A stretch of DNA of 64,000 nt, from NCBI RefSeq assembly GCF_055900595.2, contig NZ_CM148325.1. The stretch is one strand, 5' to 3'. Under the pieces are notes generated by a model. It did not search any database, had not been told where the DNA came from, and saw only the letters and a list, made by a program, of their open reading frames with translations. Below are positions 44,902 through 53,113 of this stretch, piece after piece. The translations under genes were made by a program, and so were the position numbers. Position 1 is the first letter of the stretch; the number at the start of each line of letters is the position of its first letter.

Positions 44902-47559
44902 TTAACGTTGAAAAACCCAACACTTCACCGTCGCCGGGCGGCGCGGTGCGGCTGGGTAACGGCGGTTAAATTCAGCGTTGATGCCGCTGTTAACCGTTCT
45001 GACTTCAATAAACTTGTGGGTACGGCTGGTTTTTAGCACTCGCTTCAAATCGCTGATCGGCGGGATCTGCTGGCGGCGCTCGGTAGCCAGTTGAATAAAG
45101 TGGTTAAGGTTAACGGCGATAAGCTGTTCATCGCGCGAGTGGTTGAGCTGTGGTTCGTCGTCGCCATCGAGGAAGTCGAAAATATCCCAGAACTCCTGCA
45201 CCAGAGGATGGTCGGCGCTGATGGCCTGTTGGCGCTCCAGACTGAGGCGGATAAACATTTCTCTGGTCGCCTGTAGCTGCTCTTCCGTGACCGGAATAAC
45301 CAGCGCCAGCGCGTCGAGCAGCGCCATAAGCTGGGCGTGGTTTTTAATGATGCGGATATGGCGAATATCTGGGTGGGAGTGAAGTTGCTGCTCGTATAGC
45401 GGGATCTGACGGTTAACGCACTCCAGCACGGCCTGTTCCGCCAGCGCTGCCTTCAGCATAAAGCCGGAAAGCTGTTCTACCGGCAGGCGTTCGAGCTGCT
45501 CGGCAGCGACCTTGGTCTGAGTATTCTGGCCGCTGCGGTCGGTGTACAGGTGAATAATACGTTCCAGCACCGGGTTAGAGGCGCTAACATCGGCGTTTTG
45601 CGCAATCACAATCGCGCCCCGGAACGGCGGTTCATAGGTCTCGTTGCCGCTGTTACGCAGACCGCGAGAACGCACCGACCGCCCGTTATAGGCGGTTTTC
45701 AGCTCTTCCCAATCAAAGCCACGCTGCTTTGCCCCCTCCTGATTACGGTCACCCTCGATCAGCACCACCGGCATATTTGCTACCTGCGCAAAGTTGCGCG
45801 CGCGGGCGGCCAGCGTTGATTTAGACGGATCGAAACCTTCATAGTCGCGTCGGCCCAACAGTTTCCAGAGGAACTCTATCAGCGTGGTTTTACCGCTGCC
45901 GGGTTCGCCAACGATTTCCAGAAATGGAAAGCTCTTGTGCTTGTCGCGGATCTGTTCGGCAAACATCGTCCCAAACCAGTACGCCAGCGCCACAAACCCC
46001 TTTGCGCCAAACGCCTGCCAGAGTAGCTGGGGCCACTGGCTGTCCATCTGTTTTAAATTGTCGTTCAGCGTCAGGCTGACCGACTGGTTCAGGCTTTTAA
46101 GGCTAAGTTTGCCCATGTCGAAGAAGTCTTCTTCGTTGAGTGTGTACAGCCGACCATCGCGAACGGCCAGATCGTTGAACACGTAAGCGCGGTATTCTTT
46201 GCTGTAGCCGATAAAATCAGTGGTCTGGACAGTTTTGATTTTGGGAAGCTGCTTGAGCAGCAACTTATCTAACTGCTGACTGGTGCCGGTGAAGATGCCG
46301 CCCTGCGCGATATGCAGCAGGCGCTTTTTGAATTCTGAGCCGCTGGAAAGTTGGGAGCCGGTGAAGGTGTTTTTTATCGGTGGAGTGTCGTCGGGGAAGT
46401 TAATGCGAAAGTAATACCAGCTTTCGTCGGTAATGGTGTTGGCCTGATAGTAGAGGGCGGTCGGGTAGCAGTTGGCTATCTCAACAACGGCGGCTGACTC
46501 CTGTAGCGCTTTATGTTTGGCTTCTTCTTCGTCCAGCTCCTCTTTGCCGTTATACATCACGTTATCAAAGGCACGCATATAACGGTCAATATCCAGCTTG
46601 AACCAGTACAGGCGGCTGTCGAACTCGAAGTGAAACTCTTTGCGTTCGGTACGCTCATGCATCAGTAATGCTTTGGCATTCGGATTGGGAGCGATCAACA
46701 GTGAACCGTAGTAACGATATTTTTTAATCAGATCCGGGTTTAGCCGATCGCGCTGGTGCAAATCGTTCCAGTCCAGCTTGGTGCGGGAATAGGGCGTTTG
46801 TGCGGCGGTGGAAAGCCAGCCGTCGTCGCGGCTGCGTTTTACCCAGCGGCGGGTGTAATTCATGCCCGCTTTGTCGTTATCCAGCGCCCAGACCAGTAAA
46901 GGACGCTTTTTATCCACGAACAGCGCGGCCAGTTGGCTTAACGCCTGCGCCGGATAGTTGTTACAGGTCATCAGGGAAACGGCGGCAATGCCGTGGTGGT
47001 GCAGGGCGATAGCGTCAAAAATGCCCTCAACCAGCCAGATCTCCTGCTGTTCTTCCAGCTTAAGCGTTGGCAATTGCCACCATAGCCCGCTGTAAGCGCC
47101 GTGAAAATTGGCTTTGCGATCGCCGAAACGCTGTGGGCGGTCAACGATCCGCTCCCACCACACGCCGTCAGCCAGCGGGAAACGCACAGTGGCCGAGCCG
47201 AGATCGCGCCGTGCGTCATAGTAGTTCTCTTGAGCGTAACAGTTACGGAGCAGCGAAAGGTCAAAGCCGCGCATCTCGCGCAGGTAGGCATCGGCGGCGG
47301 CCTGTGGGTTTTCCGGGGTTGGGGGATATCTGTCTGACCAGCTTTCAAATAGATCCGGGTACACCTCTTTGATATGGATTTCGGCATTGCATTTATTCAG
47401 GCGACCGCAGCGCAGTACCCACGGGCTGATGGCGTAGGTGTACAGCTCTTTTTTCTGGCAGTCCGGGCAGACGCCCTGCCGCAGCCAGTCGCCCTGTTCT
47501 TTAAAGGAAAAATCGGCTAGCAGTCGCCGCGTAATTTCCTGATGAAGTTGTGGTTGCAT
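44902..47559 (-). CDS. phage/plasmid primase-helicase (zinc-binding + TOPRIM-like primase fused to P-loop NTPase; P4 alpha-like)
   Basis: 885-aa ORF; N-terminal CPDC..C..C zinc motif, EGIFDAIAL TOPRIM-like segment, Walker A GEPGSGKTT in the C-terminal half. Confidence 0.75.
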   Translation of the reverse strand: MQPQLHQEITRRLLADFSFKEQGDWLRQGVCPDCQKKELYTYAISPWVLRCGRLNKCNAEIHIKEVYPDLFESWSDRYPPTPENPQAAADAYLREMRGFDLSLLRNCYAQENYYDARRDLGSATVRFPLADGVWWERIVDRPQRFGDRKANFHGAYSGLWWQLPTLKLEEQQEIWLVEGIFDAIALHHHGIAAVSLMTCNNYPAQALSQLAALFVDKKRPLLVWALDNDKAGMNYTRRWVKRSRDDGWLSTAAQTPYSRTKLDWNDLHQRDRLNPDLIKKYRYYGSLLIAPNPNAKALLMHERTERKEFHFEFDSRLYWFKLDIDRYMRAFDNVMYNGKEELDEEEAKHKALQESAAVVEIANCYPTALYYQANTITDESWYYFRINFPDDTPPIKNTFTGSQLSSGSEFKKRLLHIAQGGIFTGTSQQLDKLLLKQLPKIKTVQTTDFIGYSKEYRAYVFNDLAVRDGRLYTLNEEDFFDMGKLSLKSLNQSVSLTLNDNLKQMDSQWPQLLWQAFGAKGFVALAYWFGTMFAEQIRDKHKSFPFLEIVGEPGSGKTTLIEFLWKLLGRRDYEGFDPSKSTLAARARNFAQVANMPVVLIEGDRNQEGAKQRGFDWEELKTAYNGRSVRSRGLRNSGNETYEPPFRGAIVIAQNADVSASNPVLERIIHLYTDRSGQNTQTKVAAEQLERLPVEQLSGFMLKAALAEQAVLECVNRQIPLYEQQLHSHPDIRHIRIIKNHAQLMALLDALALVIPVTEEQLQATREMFIRLSLERQQAISADHPLVQEFWDIFDFLDGDDEPQLNHSRDEQLIAVNLNHFIQLATERRQQIPPISDLKRVLKTSRTHKFIEVRTVNSGINAEFNRRYPAAPRRPATVKCWVFQR

Positions 47560-47647
47560 TGCCAGTACCTTTATTCAGGTAATACTTACCCGTCGCATAG
47601 ACACGTTGTTTATGCGTTGTGGTTGTGAGTCTTTTATTTACTGAGCG

Positions 47648-47896
47648 TTACGCGATTTTCTGCTTTTGCAGAAATTGCCCGCGTGTGGATAGCGGTATGT
47701 GTATCTTAGGATTCGGGCAACCGCTGGGTACTACCGTTCCCATCACGGTCTCCATCGCGATAAATGAAAACGAACAGTTAACGTTCTTGCACTGGTAATA
47801 GAGCTTACGTACCAGCGGTGACATATATTCGCTGCTGCGAATTATCGCCTTACCGTCGCAGTGTGGGCATTTCATCATGTCCGATCTCCTTACCAC
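47648..47896 (-). CDS. ogr: Ogr/Delta-family zinc-finger late-gene transcriptional activator
   Basis: 82-aa ORF (likely start MKCPHCDG at 47875) with CPHC..22 aa..CKNVNC zinc-finger spacing typical of P2 Ogr / P4 Delta. Confidence 0.8.
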   Translation of the reverse strand: MVRRSDMMKCPHCDGKAIIRSSEYMSPLVRKLYYQCKNVNCSFSFIAMETVMGTVVPSGCPNPKIHIPLSTRGQFLQKQKIA

Positions 47897-48201
47897 TTTT
47901 AACTAACTGAAACACTAACGCTTTTCGTTAACGGACTGACGAAATAGTGTGATGCCGTTCAAAAAAATGATTCTTGCCATGCTGGACATCGAACGGTTCT
48001 GCTCCAGCGCTAATGCTTACAGTTCCGCGATTTCAGCGGGGAGCAGACGCATTGCCACCGGTTTGTTCGACATCACCCCGCGGGGTGCTCGTGAGCGTAA
48101 GACGTTCTCATTTGTTTTCATGGTGGTATATTGTGGTTATTAACATTACACAATCTATAATTCCCTCAATTGAGTGAATTGTCAATGGTAATTATATCCA
48201 A

Positions 48202-48540
48202 ATGAAAGAATTTGGCATCCGTTTGAAGGAAGAACGTATCCGACTTGGCCTTGATCAAGACGGCTTTGGACAACTTGGGGGCGTGAAGAAAAACGCACAA
48301 AGTAACTATGAGAATGGACTGCGCAAGCCGGACAGTGACTATCTTGCTGGCATAGCGGCAGCGGGAGTTGATGTTCTGTATGTTCTAACAGGCAACCGCA
48401 CGCCTGTGGCTACGTTGTCCAGTAAAGAGAGTGTGTTGGTGGAGAACTATCGTTCTGCTACGCCAGAACACCAGTCCACCCTTGACACGGTTAGCGCTGC
48501 GCTTGCGCAACCGGGAGTAGGGAAAGCAGCTAAGGGATAA
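48202..48540 (+). CDS. XRE-family helix-turn-helix transcriptional regulator (Cro/CI-like)
   Basis: 112-aa ORF with classic HTH_XRE N-terminus (FGIRLKEERIRLGLDQDGFGQLGGVKKNAQSNYENGLRKPDSDYLAGIA); divergent from ogr. Confidence 0.8.
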   Translation: MKEFGIRLKEERIRLGLDQDGFGQLGGVKKNAQSNYENGLRKPDSDYLAGIAAAGVDVLYVLTGNRTPVATLSSKESVLVENYRSATPEHQSTLDTVSAALAQPGVGKAAKG

Positions 48541-48580
48541 CGAGTAGAATGAATTTGGTTATTGTCTGTATGGAGGCAAA

Positions 48581-49153
48581 ATGAAGTTGAATAATCTGGT
48601 TGCTCTTTACAGGAACATGACAGAGCAAAAATTGGATAGGGTTAAATTCCCATACAGACACAATAATTTACATTTTGATGTATTTTTCTTTATTGATGGA
48701 AAACCGTTTGAGCTTCTTTTCGGAGCATTAGGCGCTAATCTTTGCTTTCGTCTAAAAGTCGAGAAGGGATTCGTCATAAATCCTAATCTGGGAAGTGAGA
48801 CTTATAAAGAATTATGCAAGGCGCTAGGTTTGAAATATGACCCTGCCAATCCATTTAGAACAAGTAAGTTTTTTGAAGATTTTGATGGGAAAATCCCTAC
48901 ATCGGTTACTGTTAAGAATAAGGCAAAATATACTGATATTGCTGTGCATGTCAGGGATGTTGAAGAAGCAGACAGAATATATTTCTGTGGATGGAAAAAC
49001 AACAATGAAGAAAAGAGTCATGTTACTGAAGATAATTTAAAGAAAACGAAAGAGTTTTTAGGGTATCAGGCTTTTCTTGTTTGTAAGGAAAAGAATATTA
49101 GCAGTAGATGGACTGATTTAGAAAATAAAGCAAAAGATTTTTATTTACCATAG
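48581..49153 (+). CDS. hypothetical protein (cargo gene 1, no recognisable domain)
   Basis: 190-aa ORF with strong SD GGAGG; A+T-rich, Lys/Asn-rich; first gene of compact operon. Confidence 0.6.
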   Translation: MKLNNLVALYRNMTEQKLDRVKFPYRHNNLHFDVFFFIDGKPFELLFGALGANLCFRLKVEKGFVINPNLGSETYKELCKALGLKYDPANPFRTSKFFEDFDGKIPTSVTVKNKAKYTDIAVHVRDVEEADRIYFCGWKNNNEEKSHVTEDNLKKTKEFLGYQAFLVCKEKNISSRWTDLENKAKDFYLP

Positions 49154-49167
49154 GATTGTGAGGTTAT

Positions 49168-50316
49168 ATGTCTGATATTTCATTAGGGTGCGTGGTTGTT
49201 CATAGGTTGATAAAAGAGCAACATAAAGATTTCGATCACTCAAAACCATATAGTCGCCGTGATACGGTTCTTGACCGAAATAATGAAATCGTAATTAAAC
49301 TAGTGTCCAGTATAGCCGCATTGTATGGTAAAAAATCTAATAGCTCGCATTATGGTATATTTAATTTAGATGAAACACGCAGGGGGCCTTTTCCAGCGGA
49401 ATTTGATAAATATCGGAATGATACATCCAAGAAGTTAGACGATGAATTGTTTATAGGATTATCAAAAAATGTTATGCATCAGTTATATATTGAGGCAAAG
49501 GATCGACCTGCTGCATCAGGAGGATTACTTCTTTTTGCTGATTATATCAGTAAATCCGTGCGTTACTTTCTTATTGCAATGATTAAGCAAAAGGAAGGTA
49601 TAGTTATTAGTGATAAATTAGAGCCAAAGGAGTTAGAGCATCTTGATCTGGCAAAACTAAACCAGGCGGCACGAATAAACTATGATTTGTATGATAAATA
49701 TATTTCCGCTGATGAGAATGAAAGACAGGATGTTAATTATTTAAGTTTTGTTAGTCCCAGTTCTAACCAGACAACTTCAGGGTATTTCATTACTGCCTTA
49801 GGTTGTGATAAAGGTAATACATCAACTAAAGCTACGAGTAATTTAATTAATGAATCTTTTAACTTCTTCAGAAATCATCAAGAATTAAAGGATAATGCCC
49901 GTAAATTTAAAAATGAAATTATTGAGTATTTATTCGATTGTTCTGAAAATAACATTTCAGCTAAGCTCTCTGTTGTTAGTGAGATGGCGGCGAAGCATAT
50001 GGTTAATTTAGAAGATGACATTAAAGATAAATTGTCAGAAGAATTATATGCTCATTTGAATAGTGAAAGTATTCGTGTGCCTGTGGAATTTAGGGTAAGC
50101 AAATCAGTAGTTAAGAAAAACAGAAATATTAAATATACAAGTGATAATGTTAATTTTGAGTTTAAATCTAGTTTACTAGGCAATACTCTTGATAATGAGA
50201 TATGCTATAATAAGAAAACTGGACATTTAACTTTTACTCGGATTACTCCTGAGAAAAAAAGTGAAATAGCTCAATTGCTTGATGAGTTAATAAAAGAAAG
50301 AAATAGCGAAAAATAA
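49168..50316 (+). CDS. NdpA/YejK-like nucleoid-associated protein homolog (cargo gene 2)
   Basis: 382-aa ORF, SD GTGAGG; collinear similarity to E. coli YejK recalled from memory (VVVHRLIKEQH vs IALHQLIKRDE; GGLLLFADY..VRYFLIAMI vs GGxVLFCHY..VEYLLVAVL). Confidence 0.55.
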   Translation: MSDISLGCVVVHRLIKEQHKDFDHSKPYSRRDTVLDRNNEIVIKLVSSIAALYGKKSNSSHYGIFNLDETRRGPFPAEFDKYRNDTSKKLDDELFIGLSKNVMHQLYIEAKDRPAASGGLLLFADYISKSVRYFLIAMIKQKEGIVISDKLEPKELEHLDLAKLNQAARINYDLYDKYISADENERQDVNYLSFVSPSSNQTTSGYFITALGCDKGNTSTKATSNLINESFNFFRNHQELKDNARKFKNEIIEYLFDCSENNISAKLSVVSEMAAKHMVNLEDDIKDKLSEELYAHLNSESIRVPVEFRVSKSVVKKNRNIKYTSDNVNFEFKSSLLGNTLDNEICYNKKTGHLTFTRITPEKKSEIAQLLDELIKERNSEK

Positions 50317-50318
50317 GG

Positions 50319-50957
50319 TTGCTTAATATGTCATGTTTTGAAACGGTTGTTGAGCTTTTCAGATATGTAGGGCGTCCTAAATTTGATGCTATTAATAATC
50401 GTTTTTCAGCAACTATTTCTTATGATGCTCATATATATGAACTCTTAGTTTCTTTGCAACCTCATACAGCGTGGGGAGAAATTGAAGAGATTGTCATTGA
50501 TGATGTGGATATAGATGTTGATGATAGCCTTCCCGCTAAAGGAACATCAATAACACTGACAATCTCTATATCAACTGGAGCTAGTGAGTCATTTTTTATC
50601 GATATTAAAGATCTAATTCAAAAGTCTCCGATGTTAAATAGAGGTATTTTAAGAAAGTCTTTTTACTTGGTTGAGGAAGATTTTTATTTTAATGAAGGAA
50701 TGGTTGAGGGATTAGCAAAAATACCAGAACTATCTGTTTTAAAGAATCTTTGTGATTTTATTTTATGTCTATCAAAAGTTGCACACTACAGCAATAGTAA
50801 AAGTGATGATGTATGCCATAAGTTAGTTTTCTTGAAAAATACTAATGCTAAGTCATTACCTTTAATTATTGAAACTAATGTTGATTATTCACTTCTTTTA
50901 ACAGGTATTAAGGATTTAAAAATCATCGAATCTTTTTCTGATGAAAAAAAGCTATAA
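50319..50957 (+). CDS. hypothetical protein (cargo gene 3)
   Basis: 212-aa ORF beginning 2 bp after the preceding stop; acidic, no recognisable domain. Confidence 0.55.
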   Translation: MLNMSCFETVVELFRYVGRPKFDAINNRFSATISYDAHIYELLVSLQPHTAWGEIEEIVIDDVDIDVDDSLPAKGTSITLTISISTGASESFFIDIKDLIQKSPMLNRGILRKSFYLVEEDFYFNEGMVEGLAKIPELSVLKNLCDFILCLSKVAHYSNSKSDDVCHKLVFLKNTNAKSLPLIIETNVDYSLLLTGIKDLKIIESFSDEKKL

Positions 50958-51001
50958 CGGATGATAATTATTTTGAGCGAAAAGGGATTTTCATTAATAC
51001 G

Positions 51002-51583
51002 GTGGTCGATTTTCTTGAATCAATCGATGTAAAGAAACAGTTTCATTTTTTATTCTGTGAGTGGGATGAATTTCTAAAACTATACCATAATAACCTCGGT
51101 GTATATCTTAGTGGTTTTTCATTTCATAAAGTAAGAAAGGAAGTGGCAGAGGCAGAAGCTAATTTAGCTGAGCGTTTTTCAAAAATAATGTCAGACATGA
51201 TAGCTAAGCTTTTAGGTATTCCTGTTTCTTTGGTTGCTACTTTTGGCATGATAAAATTAAATACCCTGCCGGAAATGTTAGTGGTTTTTTTAGGTGTATT
51301 GCTCACGTCGATAATTATGTTTTTTATTGTAAGAAGTCAATACACACAGTTTAGGATGATTTGTGATGCTAAAGATATTATATTTTCCCCATTAGTGAAA
51401 AAATCTGTAGGTTATACAGAAGATTTGAAAAAATTAGTATGCAATGCAAAGGATAATTTAGACAAAAATCAGGTCATGTTAAATCGTTACCTTCTTTTCT
51501 TTCAATGCTTATGCTGGATTCCGACAGCCTTAGGTGGTGGAATGATCTTAATGGCTATTATGGTTCATTTAGGATTACTATAA
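51002..51583 (+). CDS. predicted membrane protein (cargo gene 4)
   Basis: 193-aa ORF with apparent GTG start; hydrophobic segments (IPVSLVATFGMIKL.., MLVVFLGVLLTSIIMFFIV, ..CWIPTALGGGMILMAIMVHLGLL); 3' end overlaps convergent gene D by 6 bp; start codon uncertain. Confidence 0.45.
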   Translation: MVDFLESIDVKKQFHFLFCEWDEFLKLYHNNLGVYLSGFSFHKVRKEVAEAEANLAERFSKIMSDMIAKLLGIPVSLVATFGMIKLNTLPEMLVVFLGVLLTSIIMFFIVRSQYTQFRMICDAKDIIFSPLVKKSVGYTEDLKKLVCNAKDNLDKNQVMLNRYLLFFQCLCWIPTALGGGMILMAIMVHLGLL

Positions 51584-52678
51584 ACTTAATTCCATTTCTA
51601 ATGCGGTGACATAACCAGTACCGCCATCCAACGTATGCACGCACCGCGTAATCACCCACGCGGTGCCATCAATTTCCGCCTTAAACCCCTTCACCTGCAG
51701 CGGTAATTCCGGGAACAAATCGGGCCGTCCACGCGCAAGATTCAGGCTGAACGTTGCCGCGCCGCGCTGTAGCTGCTCCCACGCGCTTTTTGCCGCTCTG
51801 TAGGCGTTATTTTTGTTGGCATAGGTGTGGCGCAGCACCTTGATATTTCCCTCTTCGCCAACCATCACGTTATCAGCATTGAATGAGGCGTCTGACGGCG
51901 GAGATTCTGTTGGTTGCGTTTGTGGACGGTTTTTCCGTGTCTTGCGCTTCATGTCAGTGGACTGCTTTTTTGCCTGCCGTGTATCCAGCCAGTAGGCCGT
52001 CACACCGGTATACGCCTCCCTGTCCGCGATGCTGAACCGGTGGCTGTCGCCGTCCTCGCGGGTAATGGTTGCGACCGGCAGCGGTTTGCCGCTGGCACTT
52101 TTACCGGAACCTGTCGGCATTAGCAGCAGAGCATCATTTTTCACGCAGGCGATAGCGCCGTGCAGTTGCGCCAGCCGGGTCAGGAAGGAGGCATCGGATT
52201 CGTTAGTCTGGTCAACGTGCTCAATGGCGATCCCAGCCAGCTCGCCGCTGACGGTTGATTCCAGCTTATGACGCGCCGCCACGGTTTGCACAATCGCGCC
52301 CAGCGTCGCATCATGGTAGCTCTGTTCCCGTTTAACGTTCAGCGAATCGCGGAAATCGGCGCTGCGGGCGCGGAGGCTGAGTACGTCCGGTGCGCCGCTG
52401 TGCTCCAGTTCGTCCACTGTGAAGACATTCTGGTGCATCACGCCGTCACCCTTCCAGCCTAGAGAAACCGTTAGCTTTTCGCCCTTTGCCGGAAACGCCA
52501 GCAGGCCGTCGCTGTCGTCCAGTTCGAGCTGCAGTTCGTCGGCCTCAAAGCCCCGGTTGTCGGTGATACGCAGGCTGATTAAGCGGTTGTCCAGATTCCG
52601 CGTAATGTCCTTACCGTTCAGCACCACGCTGTACTCCGGCTGCGGCTGGGCGTTTAAGAGTGCGTTTAACATCGTCAT
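51578..52678 (-). CDS. P2 gpD-like tail protein (late control D)
   Basis: 366-aa ORF, MTMLNALLNAQPQPEYSVVLNGKDITRNLDNRLISLRITDN.. typical of gpD; position after U. Confidence 0.85.
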   Translation of the reverse strand: MTMLNALLNAQPQPEYSVVLNGKDITRNLDNRLISLRITDNRGFEADELQLELDDSDGLLAFPAKGEKLTVSLGWKGDGVMHQNVFTVDELEHSGAPDVLSLRARSADFRDSLNVKREQSYHDATLGAIVQTVAARHKLESTVSGELAGIAIEHVDQTNESDASFLTRLAQLHGAIACVKNDALLLMPTGSGKSASGKPLPVATITREDGDSHRFSIADREAYTGVTAYWLDTRQAKKQSTDMKRKTRKNRPQTQPTESPPSDASFNADNVMVGEEGNIKVLRHTYANKNNAYRAAKSAWEQLQRGAATFSLNLARGRPDLFPELPLQVKGFKAEIDGTAWVITRCVHTLDGGTGYVTALEMELSL

Positions 52679-53103
52679 AGTCCGTCTACCATCGTGATGA
52701 TGTCGCCCAGCAAGCCACCCAGCTTCGGCGGATCGACACGTTTTAACGCCAGCGTAAACTCAATGCGCCGGGCCGCACCGTCGCGAAAAAAGACGCTCCG
52801 GGTGACGTTCAGACTCTCAATCACAAACCAGCCATGCAGCGATCCGGTGCCTTCAATCAGCGGCCAAGCCATCCCCTGATCGGCCATCTTTCGCAGGAAA
52901 AACAGGGTAAATCGCCCGCCGGTCAGTTCCGGCAACAGCACGCCGTTTAGCGTAATGGTTTCGTCACCCACGCCGATAAACTGGCTGGCCGGACGTAGCC
53001 CCACGCGGGAACTGGCAGGATGCCGCCACGCTACGGCGTGCTGCATATCCTGATAGGGCAGGGTTTTCAGGCTGAAGACGAACAGCCCCAGTACCATCAT
53101 CAT
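52675..53103 (-). CDS. P2 gpU-like tail protein
   Basis: ORF 52675..53211; probable start at MMMVLGLFVF (53103) overlapping end of T; 4-bp overlap with D start. Confidence 0.75.
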   Translation of the reverse strand: MMMVLGLFVFSLKTLPYQDMQHAVAWRHPASSRVGLRPASQFIGVGDETITLNGVLLPELTGGRFTLFFLRKMADQGMAWPLIEGTGSLHGWFVIESLNVTRSVFFRDGAARRIEFTLALKRVDPPKLGGLLGDIITMVDGL

Positions 53104-53113
53104 AAGAGCCTCC

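Noticed and set aside
47949-48143. 64-aa ORF in the ogr-XRE intergenic region
   Set aside because: No SD, lies across the likely divergent promoter region; more plausibly regulatory DNA.
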